Assembly: GCA_032718475.1 (NCBI GenBank)
Contig: JAUCBJ010007762.1
Location: 1-64,000 of the forward strand
DNA length: 64,000 nt
Source of the DNA: Nemertoderma westbladi
Taxonomy: Eukaryota > Animalia > Xenacoelomorpha
Direction: 5' to 3'
Each line of letters begins with the position of its first letter. Within the stretch, counting starts at the first letter, position 1. Below are positions 1 to 13,300 of this stretch, piece after piece. The notes under the pieces were generated by a model. That model was given only the letters and a program-made list of their open reading frames with translations. It did no database searches and was not told where the DNA came from. Position numbers and translations under genes: made by a program.

Positions 1-2273
1 GTTGTTCAGAAAGTCAACTTTTCCATCGCCTTTCACCATCGCATTGCCAATAGCTAGAGGATGGAATCTTTCTTTTGCGTTGACTACTAACCACCAATTG
101 TTGATAAGACGCAAGAACTCCGCAGTACACTCTTCCGTTGGGAAATAATAGAGGCACGCTGAAATGGTATATAAATCGAAAATTGCTAATGCGAGGGGAA
201 CGTTTTGTTTTTTGTTTCCGAAATGTGTTGCGCCGTATGACAGTTTTGGAGCTAAGCGTAAACAGGTTTCACGTTTTGAGTCAATTTCTTCAATTTTGTA
301 AAGCAGTGACCATTTCACCTGACCAGTGGGAACTGTGAATTTCCTTCCATTGAGTTTATATTGAAAGGGTTCGCCGATATTGAAATGACCTTGACTTGCC
401 AAATTGTTTCTAATATTTTTCATGATATGGACGGGGTCATATAAAGGGTAAATATTTCCACCAGTTTCTGATTTGATGGAATCCGGTTTTTCACCAGGTG
501 AATCCGTTGCAAGTTTATTAAAGGCCGATACATTAGATTTATTGTTATCGGATATAATTGCATGAATATTGAAATTTTCATCGGTAATGTTTTTGATACA
601 TGTTGTGATCCCATCCGAGACAAGTTTAGCTGTGCAACTGTACTCTGGTATAGCATGAACAACGATTGGTATTGATAATTTCAAGGAAACAATCATGAAG
701 CAAAGAATTCCAGTAAAAAGTTCACCATTATCATCCAACCCAACTAATTCTCCTCCACCGTACCGCTGTTGTTGTTGTAAATACATCTCGTCCACTAGTA
801 GTACCACATCGTTACCAATTCGGTTTTCGTCTCTGAGGGTCGTTATTGCCTTTATCGCTTTGACATGACCAGATATTAGTTTGCGGAGAAGCCGATCCGA
901 CGGCAGAGGAATTTCATTTCGTAGTACCTAAAATATAATGAACAAAATTATGTAATATATTTTTGTATGCAAAATAATTTTTTGTATTTTCACATGTGTT
1001 GTCTGCCTATCTGAATTTCCAGTTTTTCTCTAAACGATACTTTTTGGTGTGTGAAAAATTACGGATAAATAAATTGAAAAATTATATTTAAAAAAATAAT
1101 AAACGACTCCAGAACATACTAGCATATTGTAAAACTATTCAAATAATATTATATTAACAATATGGGCAACCTTATATGCCGAGAAGGAGGTATATCTGAG
1201 TAGCAAGGCGAAACGAAGTTGGTCGCTAGTATATATGGGTATCCCTTTCGGTTTATTGTGCTGCAGATCCAGTAAGCTTCTAATAAGACCTCGGGAATCC
1301 TGACCAAAATTACGTAAATAGGATACAAGATTTGGAATCATTGTTGTGGAAGAAAGCTTGCATCTTGCATTTCTGAAAAAAGTTGTGATTTAATATAGAC
1401 ACAGTAACGCATTTGGACAATTTCTGTTTAAAAATACGCATAAGAAAACACACTGTGAATATGATTAATTTGGCGTGTTAATGTGGCAAGGTCTATGACT
1501 AGGTCTATCGAGTATAGTTTCTAAATAAACCATATTTTCACATATAATTTTAATTTATATCGGTACATTACTTGGACATAATATTAAGTATAGGAAGAAA
1601 TATTTTTTCTAAATTTAAGTTAAAAAATGCCGTGAAATAAAATGAAGATTGTCAATATTTTCATACTTAGCCAAACTGGGTTGGGAACTGGAACTCCATC
1701 ATGCGACAGCTTAACATGCAATTCTTTATCAATTGTTATGCATTCCTTCACCTTTGTGATATCACCTAGTTCCAATCTAAATGCAGTTAATTTTTCGCCA
1801 TCACTCCATACTCGTATTTCAAAGTCATTGAAAAATTTATCTTCATTGAAATACCTTTGGATATCATTAAGAGTTTCTATTTTGCATTTTTTTGAAAATA
1901 ATTCCAATTCATCTGGCTGGAATTCTCTTATAGCTGGACGCTTTCTTGATGGCGGTGGAATGGTTCTGGAAGATGTTGGAATACACTCAGGGTGTATTGT
2001 TGGGTAAGCCTCTTTCGTGAGCGTCGGTCTTTGTTTATTACTGTTGACAAATCTACTGTCAAAATGAAGGATGCATATTTTTGCTGAAGGACCAGGTGTC
2101 CAATCACTCACTACCATTTCCCATGAACACGATCCAGTTTTTATACTGGGCTGAGTCATGCGAAGGGAAACCGAACATAGATATGGATTCAACTGCAGTG
2201 GGGACAAACCTCTTCCGAAGGAACCCTTTTTGTATCCAGACCTGCATCCTTTCACATTACAAACTCCTACCAT
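1..2273 (-). mobile_element. P-element/THAP9-like DNA transposase gene with introns; C-terminus runs off the window
   Basis: N-terminal THAP motif (CNVKGC...KICILHF...AYPTIHP) in 2273-~1667. Second exon ~1372-1171 (LRFALLLRYTSFSAYK, then GT donor). Third exon 927->1 follows TTTTAG and is open to the window edge by hand translation: LLVDEMY, IISDNNKSN, YDPVHIMKNIRNNL, KKQNVPLALAIF, FLRLINNWW, all typical P-transposase motifs. This exon is missing from the ORF track because it has no stop in the window. Confidence 0.9.
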
Positions 2274-3708
2274 AGTTTATATTATTTTAGTGCCTGAACA
2301 CTAAATGGTTACCGCGCAGGGTGATGACGACGATGTCAGATAACATACATACACTATTATAGGCCTATTAAATAACTTATAACGTAGTGTTTTAAATGGT
2401 TCTAGAATATAACAAACATACCAACTAGGTTTTTTTGGGTAAAAATAATGTAATAATTAGTTAATAAACAGAAATGACTTTAAAAAATTTATTCACAACC
2501 ACTTAATTATTTTTACTAGTTATTTTTTATTTAATATTGTAAAAAATATATAAATAAGAAAATTAAAATTGACAGTTTCCAAATAGGTTTCTATTTTCAA
2601 AAATAATAACATTGATGAAAAATACATTTAATACAAGTTTTAATAAACACATAGAATAAAAAAAATTTTGAGAAAAAAAGCATTTTTCCAATTCGCTACT
2701 ATTTTCAAAAATACTAGCATTCATGAAAAAATCAATTCTCCACAAAAAATATTTTATCCAAAAACACGAGCTAGTCAAAAAATACTAGCTACCAAAAAAA
2801 TTTAATATACATTTTTTGGTCGCATGATGTTCCAGAAGACAAAGAACACAAGCTAGTACCGTTACAAAAAAGTGGGTGGGTCACCAATAGCAGAAAAGTA
2901 CCAATAAAAAGAGGCGTTTTAACTAAAAATTAATAGCTATAATTATCTGATAGAAGATATAGTAATTGTTCTAGAACAATAAAAACAATACTGATAATAT
3001 ATTACATAGGCCTATTATAGGCAAACAAAGATAGAAAAAGTGCCAAGATGGAAACTTTACCGGTAATGCCTTAATAAGTATACATGCATCAACACATTTA
3101 AGTAGCTACAATTGCTTATGAATTCTGGAATTCAAATATTGTGTACAAGACAACCCATATTATTTACATATAATTAGTAAATGTCTTCTACCTAAAGTTG
3201 TAGTAATCGTTTAAATAACGAAAAATGCAAGAATTCCCAATCGATCTAAGCATAGCCTTGTCAAGTCATTTCAAAAAATAATAGTTTATAAATTTGCAGA
3301 TGAGAATAATATTATTTTGGAACCTCTAACAACGGACGACTATGCCGATAAAGCACTTTTCACCTCAGTAGATTGTATACATTTCAGGCTAGACTTAACA
3401 AATTTTATCTATGGATTGATTTTGTAATAGATTTTCCGATTTTCCGAGATTGACTAAGTTCCTTTACAACAAGGAAAACTTCGATGAAGCAAGAACGATT
3501 ATCAACGAAACAATATAGAGAACGATGAAATCCTTGGTAAATGTCAGCTCAACGTACGGACAGACAAGCAATCGTTCTTCTAGAAGTAAAATTAAAAGGT
3601 AAAGTTTCATTAATAATATTTCGTTGATACCAGTAGTAGTGACTAAAAGTGCTGAGGAATAATAAATTATAGAAATTGTTGAAAATTATTATAAAGCATA
3701 GTTTTGAT

Positions 3709-4180
3709 GGTTACTACGGTAACCAGGTAGTAAAATAATTTTATAAATTTGTTACAATTATACAAACCAATAATTTTTCATGAAGGTATGTCAGTACCAA
3801 TAAGAATATTCCAATAAATACATATTTAAAGTTGAATACCAGTTGCTATGGCAACCTTAAGTACAAAATATACCCCCCCCCCCCCCCACCCGGCGGCGCG
3901 CAAGAAATGAAGAGATATTATTATCTTGATCAGCATTATTGAATTTCCTAAAAAGAAAAATTCTAACTTTTTATCTGAAATATAGGTGAAAAGTGTATAT
4001 TTTAAATCGTCGCTGCTGGTAGCTATGGTAACTAGGTGATGTTAAAACCTACACAGAATATAGGCAACTAACCATATTATACCTGATTCAAGTTTTGACT
4101 TAATCGATATAAGTGTTCAGTTGTAAAATGCAAAATAAATGTATATATTGAAATTACATTACTGGTTGCTATGGTAATTG
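3709..4180. repeat. Cluster of four X-box-like palindromes (GTTGCTATGGCAAC type) in AT-rich, probably MITE-derived DNA
   Basis: ggttactacggtaacc (~3709), gttgctatggcaac (~3842), gtagctatggtaac (~4019), gttgctatggtaat (~4165). Confidence 0.5.
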
Positions 4181-4345
4181 GCAGCAAAAAAAATTTCCTC
4201 AAAAGGTAGAAAATTTACTAATCTAGAATTAGTGAAATTTTTGTGACCAGCAGATAAAGTGGGAAAAAGTTATTAAAGTTGAAAGTTACCCCACTAAATT
4301 TTTACGCCTGCAGCAGCATTCCGGGTCGTGTTATAGTAGGTCATG

Positions 4346-7300
4346 CCCAGACCCAAGCTATCGATGATACAGTACAGAGACCCAGATCCAAGCTATCGAT
4401 GATACAGTACAGAGACCCAGACCCAAGCTATCGATGATACAGTTAACAACTTAATTGTGTTTCTACATAGACCCAGATCCAAGCTATCGATGATACAGTT
4501 AACAACTTACTTGTGTTTCTACAGAGACCCAGATCCAAGCTATCGATGATACAGTTAACAACTTACTTGTGTTTCTACAGAGACCCAAATCCAAGCTATC
4601 GATGATACAGTACAGAGACCCAGACCCAAGCTATCGATGATACAGTTAACAACTTACTTGTGTTTCTACAGAGTCCCAGATCCAAGCTATCGATGATACA
4701 GTTAACAACTTACTTGTGTTTCTACAGAGACCCAAATCCAAGCTATCGATGATACAGTTAACAACTTACTTGTGTTTCTACAGAGACCCAGATCCAAGCT
4801 ATCGATGATACAGTTAACAACTTGGATCTGGGTCTCTGTAGAAACACAAGTTAACAACTTACTTGTGTTTCTACATAGACCCAAATCCAAGCTATCGATG
4901 ATACAGTTAACAACTTACTTGTGTTTTTACAGAGACCCAGATCCAAGCTATCGATGATACAGTTAACAACACTTGTGATCTACATAGACCCAGATCCAAG
5001 CTATCGATGATGCAGTACAGAGACCCAGATCCAAGCTATCGATGATACAGTTAACAACTTACTTGTGTTTCTACATAGACCCAGATCCAAGCTATCGATG
5101 ATACAGTTAACAACTTACTTGTGTTTCTACAGAGACCCAGATCCAAGCTATCGATGATACAGTTAACAACTTACTTGTGTTTCTACAGAGACCCAAATCC
5201 AAGCTATCGATGATACAGTACAGAGACCCAGACCCAAGCTATCGATGATACAGTTAACAACTTACTTGTGTTTCTACAGAGTCCCAGATCCAAGCTATCG
5301 ATGATACAGTTAACAACTTACTTGTGTTTCTACAGAGACCCAGATCCAAGCTATCGATGATACAGTTAACAACTTACTTGTGTTTCTACATAGACCCAAA
5401 TCCAAGCTATCGATGATACAGTTAACAACTTACTTGTGTTTTTACAGAGACCCAGATCCAAGCTATCGATGATACAGTACAGAGACCCAGACCCAAGCTA
5501 TCGATGATACAGTACAGAGACCCAGATCCAAGCTATCGATGATACAGTACAGAGACCCAGACCCAAGCTATCGATGATACAGTTAACAACTTACTTGTGT
5601 TTCTACATAGACCCAGATCCAAGCTATCGATGATACAGTTAACAACTTACTTGTGTTTCTACAGAGACCCAGATCCAAGCTATCGATGATACAGTTAACA
5701 ACTTACTTGTGTTTCTACAGAGACCCAAATCCAAGCTATCGATGATACAGTACAGAGACCCAGACCCAAGCTATCGATGATACAGTTAACAACTTACTTG
5801 TGTTTCTACAGAGTCCCAGATCCAAGCTATCGATGATACAGTTAACAACTTACTTGTGTTTCTACAGAGTCCCAGATCCAAGCTATCGATGATACAGTTA
5901 ACAACTTACTTGTGTTTCTACAGAGACCCAAATCCAAGCTATCGATGATACAGTTAACAACTTACTTGTGTTTCTACAGAGTCCCAGATCCAAGCTATCG
6001 ATGATACAGTTAACAACTTACTTGTGTTTCTACAGAGTCCCAGATCCAAGCTATCGATGATACAGTTAACAACTTACTTGTGTTTCTACAGAGTCCCAGA
6101 TCCAAGCTATCGATGATACAGTTAACAACTTACTTGTGTTTCTACAGAGTCCCAGATCCAAGCTATCGATGATACCGTTAACAACTTACTTGTGTTTCTA
6201 CAGAGACCCAAATCCAAGCTATCGATGATACAGTTAACAACTTACTTGTGTTTCTACAGAGACCCAGATCCAAGCTATCGATGATACAGTTAACAACTTA
6301 CTTGTGTTTCTACAGAGACCCAGATCCAAGCTATCGATGATACCGTTAACAACTTACTTGTGTTTCTACAGAGTCCCAGATCCAAGCTATCGATGATACC
6401 GTTAACAACTTACTTGTGTTTCTACAGAGACCCAAATCCAAGCTATCGATGATACAGTTAACAACTTACTTGTGTTTCTACAGAGACCCAGATCCAAGCT
6501 ATCGATGATACAGTTAACAACTTACTTGTGTTTCTACAGAGACCCAGATCCAAGCTATCGATGATACCGTTAACAACTTACTTGTGTTTCTACAGAGTCC
6601 CAAATCCAAGCTATCGATGATACAGTTAACAACTTACTTGTGTTTCTACAGAGTCCCAGATCCAAGCTATCGATGATACAGTTAACAACTTACTTGTGTT
6701 TCTACAGAGACCCAAATCCAAGCTATCGATGATACAGTTAACAACTTACTTGTGTTTCTACAGAGACCCAAATCCAAGCTATCGATGATACAGTACAGAG
6801 ACCCAGATCCAAGCTATCGATGATACAGTTAACAACTTACTTGTGTTTCTACAGAGACCCAAATCCAAGCTATCGATGATACAGTACAGAGACCCAGATC
6901 CAAGCTATCGATGATACAGTTAACAACTTACTTGTGTTTCTACAGAGACCCAAATCCAAGCTATCGATGATACAGCTAACAACTTACTTGTGTTTCTACA
7001 GAGTCCCAGATCGAAGCTATCGATGATACAGCTAACAACTTACTTGTGTTTCTACAGAGACCCAGATCCAAGCTACCGATGATACAGTTAACAACTTACT
7101 TGTGTTTCTACAGAGTCCCAGATCCAAGCTATCGATGATACAGTTAACAACTTACTTGTGTTTCTACAGAGTCCCAGATCCAAGCTATCGATGATACAGT
7201 TAACAACTTACTTGTGTTTCTACAGAGTCCCAGATCCAAGCTATCGATGATACCGTTAACAACTTACTTGTGTTTCTACAGAGACCCAAATCCAAGCTAT

Positions 7301-10300
7301 CGATGATACAGTTAACAACTTACTTGTGTTTCTACAGAGACCCAGATCCAAGCTATCGATGATACAGTTAACAACTTACTTGTGTTTCTACAGAGACCCA
7401 GATCCAAGCTATCGATGATACCGTTAACAACTTACTTGTGTTTCTACAGAGTCCCAGATCCAAGCTATCGATGATACCGTTAACAACTTACTTGTGTTTC
7501 TACAGAGACCCAAATCCAAGCTATCGATGATACAGTTAACAACTTACTTGTGTTTCTACAGAGACCCAGATCCAAGCTATCGATGATACAGTTAACAACT
7601 TACTTGTGTTTCTACAGAGACCCAGATCCAAGCTATCGATGATACCGTTAACAACTTACTTGTGTTTCTACAGAGTCCCAAATCCAAGCTATCGATGATA
7701 CAGTTAACAACTTACTTGTGTTTCTACAGAGTCCCAGATCCAAGCTATCGATGATACAGTTAACAACTTACTTGTGTTTCTACAGAGACCCAAATCCAAG
7801 CTATCGATGATACAGTTAACAACTTACTTGTGTTTCTACAGAGACCCAAATCCAAGCTATCGATGATACAGTACAGAGACCCAGATCCAAGCTATCGATG
7901 ATACAGTTAACAACTTACTTGTGTTTCTACAGAGACCCAAATCCAAGCTATCGATGATACAGTACAGAGACCCAGATCCAAGCTATCGATGATACAGTTA
8001 ACAACTTACTTGTGTTTCTACAGAGACCCAAATCCAAGCTATCGATGATACAGCTAACAACTTACTTGTGTTTCTACAGAGTCCCAGATCGAAGCTATCG
8101 ATGATACAGCTAACAACTTACTTGTGTTTCTACAGAGACCCAGATCCAAGCTACCGATGATACAGTTAACTACTTACTTGTGTTTCTACAGAGTCCCAGA
8201 TCCAAGCTATCGATGATACAGTTAACAACTTACTTGTGTTTCTACAGAGACCCAAATCCAAGCTATCGATGATACAGTTAACAACTTACTTGTGTTTCTA
8301 CAGAGTCCCAGATCCAAGCTATCGATGATACAGTTAACAACTTACTTGTGTTTCTACAGAGTCCCAGATCCAAGCTATCGATGATACAGTTAACAACTTA
8401 CTTGTGTTTCTACAGAGTCCCAGATCCAAGCTATCGATGATACCGTTAACAACTTACTTGTGTTTCTACAGAGACCCAAATCCAAGCTATCGATGATACA
8501 GTTAACAACTTACTTGTGTTTCTACAGAGACCCAGATCCAAGCTATCGATGATACAGTTAACAACTTACTTGTGTTTCTACAGAGACCCAGATCCAAGCT
8601 ATCGATGATACCGTTAACAACTTACTTGTGTTTCTACAGAGTCCCAGATCCAAGCTATCGATGATACCGTTAACAACTTACTTGTGTTTCTACAGAGACC
8701 CAAATCCAAGCTATCGATGATACAGTTAACAACTTACTTGTGTTTCTACAGAGACCCAGATCCAAGCTATCGATGATACAGTTAACAACTTACTTGTGTT
8801 TCTACAGAGACCCAGATCCAAGCTATCGATGATACCGTTAACAACTTACTTGTGTTTCTACAGAGTCCCAAATCCAAGCTATCGATGATACAGTTAACAA
8901 CTTACTTGTGTTTCTACAGAGTCCCAGATCCAAGCTATCGATGATACAGTTAACAACTTACTTGTGTTTCTACAGAGACCCAAATCCAAGCTATCGATGA
9001 TACAGTTAACAACTTACTTGTGTTTCTACAGAGACCCAAATCCAAGCTATCGATGATACAGTACAGAGACCCAGATCCAAGCTATCGATGATACAGTTAA
9101 CAACTTACTTGTGTTTCTACAGAGACCCAAATCCAAGCTATCGATGATACAGTACAGAGACCCAGATCCAAGCTATCGATGATACAGTTAACAACTTACT
9201 TGTGTTTCTACAGAGACCCAAATCCAAGCTATCGATGATACAGCTAACAACTTACTTGTGTTTCTACAGAGTCCCAGATCGAAGCTATCGATGATACAGC
9301 TAACAACTTACTTGTGTTTCTACAGAGACCCAGATCCAAGCTACCGATGATACAGTTAACTACTTACTTGTGTTTCTACAGAGTCCCAGATCCAAGCTAT
9401 CGATGATACAGTTAACAACTTACTTGTGTTTCTACAGAGACCCAAATCCAAGCTATTGATGATACAGTTAACAACTTACTTGTGTTTCTACAGAGTCCCA
9501 GATCCAAGCTATCGATGATACAGTTAACAACTTACTTGTGTTTCTACAGAGTCCCAGATCCAAGCTATCGATGATACCGTTAACAACTTACTTGTGTTTC
9601 TACAGAGACCCAAATCCAAGCTATCGATGATACAGTTAACAACTTACTTGTGTTTCTACAGAGACCCAAATCCAAGCTATCGATGATACAGTTAACAACT
9701 TACTTGTGTTTCTACAGAGACCCAAATCCAAGCTATCGATGATACAGTTAACAACTTACTTGTGTTTCTACAGAGACCCAGATCCAAGCTATCGATGATA
9801 CAGTTAACAACTTACTTGTGTTTCTACAGAGACCCAGATCCAAGCTATTGATGATACAGTTAACAACTTACTTGTGTTTCTACAGAGTCCCAGATCCAAG
9901 CTATCGATGATACAGTTAACAACTTACTTGTGTTTCTACAGAGACCCAAATCCAAGCTATCGATGATACAGTTAACAACTTACTTGTGTTTCTACAGAGA
10001 CCCAGATCCAAGCTATCGATGATACCGTTAACAACTTACTTGTGTTTCTACAGAGTCCCAAATCCAAGCTATCGATGATACAGTTAACAACTTACTTGTG
10101 TTTCTACAGAGTCCCAGATCCAAGCTATCGATGATACAGTTAACAACTTACTTGTGTTTCTACAGAGACCCAAATCCAAGCTATCGATGATACAGTTAAC
10201 AACTTACTTGTGTTTCTACAGAGACCCAAATCCAAGCTATCGATGATACAGTACAGAGACCCAGATCCAAGCTATTGATGATACAGTTAACAACTTACTT

Positions 10301-13300
10301 GTGTTTCTACAGAGACCCAAATCCAAGCTATCGATGATACAGTACAGAGACCCAGATCCAAGCTATCGATGATACAGTTAACAACTTACTTGTGTTTCTA
10401 CAGAGACCCAAATCCAAGCTATCGATGATACAGCTAACAACTTACTTGTGTTTCTACAGAGTCCCAGATCGAAGCTATCGATGATACAGCTAACAACTTA
10501 CTTGTGTTTCTACAGAGACCCAGATCCAAGCTACCGATGATACAGTTAACTACTTACTTGTGTTTCTACAGAGTCCCAGATCCAAGCTATCGATGATACA
10601 GTTAACAACTTACTTGTGTTTCTACAGAGACCCAAATCCAAGCTATCGATGATACAGTTAACAACTTACTTGTGTTTCTACAGAGTCCCAGATCCAAGCT
10701 ATCGATGATACAGTTAACAACTTACTTGTGTTTCTACAGAGTCCCAGATCCAAGCTATCGATGATACCGTTAACAACTTACTTGTGTATCTACAGAGACC
10801 CAAATCCAAGCTATCGATGATACAGTTAACAACTTACTTGTGTTTCTACAGAGACCCAAATCCAAGCTATCGATGATACAGTTAACAACTTACTTGTGTT
10901 TCTACAGAGTCCCAGATCCAAGCTATCGATGATACAGTTAACAACTTACTTGTGTTTCTACAGAGTCCCAGATCCAAGCTATCGATGATACTGTTAACAA
11001 CTTACTTGTGTTTCTACAGAGACCCAAATCCAAGCTATCGATGATACAGTTAACAACTTACTTGTGTTTCTACAGAGACCCAGATCCAAGCTATCGATGA
11101 TACAGTTAACAACTTACTTGTGTTTCTACAGAGACCCAGATCCAAGCTATTGATGATACAGTTAACAACTTACTTGTGTTTCTACAGAGTCCCAGATCCA
11201 AGCTATCGATGATACAGTTAACAACTTACTTGTGTTTCTACAGAGACCCAAATCCAAGCTATCGATGATACAGTTAACAACTTACTTGTGTTTCTACAGA
11301 GTCCCAGATCCAAGCTATCGATGATACAGTTAACAACTTACTTGTGTTTCTACAGAGACCCAAATCCAAGCTATCGATGATACAGTTAACAACTTACTTG
11401 TGTTTCTACAGAGACCCAAATCCAAGCTATCGATGATACAGTACAGAGACCCAGATCCAAGCTATCGATGATACAGTTAACAACTTACTTGTGTTTCTAC
11501 AGAGACCCAAATCCAAGCTATCGATGATACAGTACAGAGACCCAGACCCAAGCTATCGATGATACAGTTAACAACTTACTTGTGTTTCTACAGAGACCCA
11601 GATCCAAGCTATCGATGATACAGTTAACAACTTACTTGTGTTTCTACAGAGACCCAAATCCAAGCTATCGATGATACAGTACAGAGACCCAGACCCAAGC
11701 TATCGATGATAGGGTTAACAACTTACTTGTGTTTCTACAGAGACCCAAATCCAAGCTATCGATGATACAGTTAACAACTTACTTGTGTTTCTACAGAGTC
11801 CCAGACCCAAGCTATCGATGATACAGTTAACAACTTACTTGTGTTTCTACAGAGACCCAAATCCAAGCTATCGATGATACAGTACAGAGACCCAGACCCA
11901 AGCTATCGATGATAGGGTTAACAACTTACTTGTGTTTCTACAGAGACCCAAATCCAAGCTATCGATGATACAGTTAACAACTTACTTGTGTTTCTACAGA
12001 GTCCCAGATCCAAGCTATCGATGATACAGTTAACAACTTACTTGTGTTTCTACAGAGTCCCAGATCCAAGCTATCGATGATACAGTTAACAACTTACTTG
12101 TGTTTCTACAGAGTCCCAGATCCAAGCTATCGATGATACAGTTAACAACTTACTTGTGTTTCTACAGAGACCCAAATCCAAGCTATCGATGATACAGTTA
12201 ACAACTTACTTGTGTTTCTACAGAGACCCAAATCCAAGCTATCGATGATATAGTTAACAACTTACTTGTGTTTCTACAGAGACCCAAATCCAAGCTATCG
12301 ATGATACAGTTAACAACTTACTTGTGTTTCTACAGAGACCCAGATCCAAGCTATCGATGATACAGTTAACAACTTACTTGTGTTTCTACAGAGTCCCAGA
12401 TCCAAGCTATCGATGATACAGTTAACTACTTACTTGTGTTTCTACAGAGACCCAAATCCAAGCTATCGATGATACAGTTAACAACTTACTTGTGTTTCTA
12501 CAGAGACCCAGATCCAAGCTATCGATGATACAGTTAACAACTTGGATCTGGGTCTCTGTAGAAACACAAGTTAACAACTTACTTGTGTTTCTACATAGAC
12601 CCAAATCCAAGCTATCGATGATACAGTTAACAACTTACTTGTGTTTTTACAGAGACCCAGATCCAAGCTATCGATGATACAGTACAGAGACCCAGACCCA
12701 AGCTATCGATGATACAGTACAGAGACCCAAATCCAAGCTATCGATGATACAGTACAGAGACCCAGACCCAAGCTATCGATGATACAGTTAACAACTTACT
12801 TGTGTTTCTACAGAGTCCCAGATCCAAGCTATCGATGATACAGTTAACAACTTACTTGTGTTTCTACAGAGTCCCAGATCCAAGCTATCGATGATACAGT
12901 TAACAACTTACTTGTGTTTCTACAGAGACCCAAATCCAAGCTATCGATGATACAGTTAACAACTTACTTGTGTTTCTACAGAGACCCAGATCCAAGCTAT
13001 CGATGATACAGTTAACAACTTGGATCTGGGTCTCTGTAGAAACACAAGTTAACAACTTACTTGTGTTTCTACATAGACCCAAATCCAAGCTATCGATGAT
13101 ACAGTTAACAACTTACTTGTGTTTTTACAGAGACCCAGATCCAAGCTATCGATGATACAGTACAGAGACCCAGACCCAAGCTATCGATGATACAGTACAG
13201 AGACCCAGATCCAAGCTATCGATGATACAGTACAGAGACCCAGACCCAAGCTATCGATGATACAGTTAACAACTTAATTGTGTTTCTACATAGACCCAGA

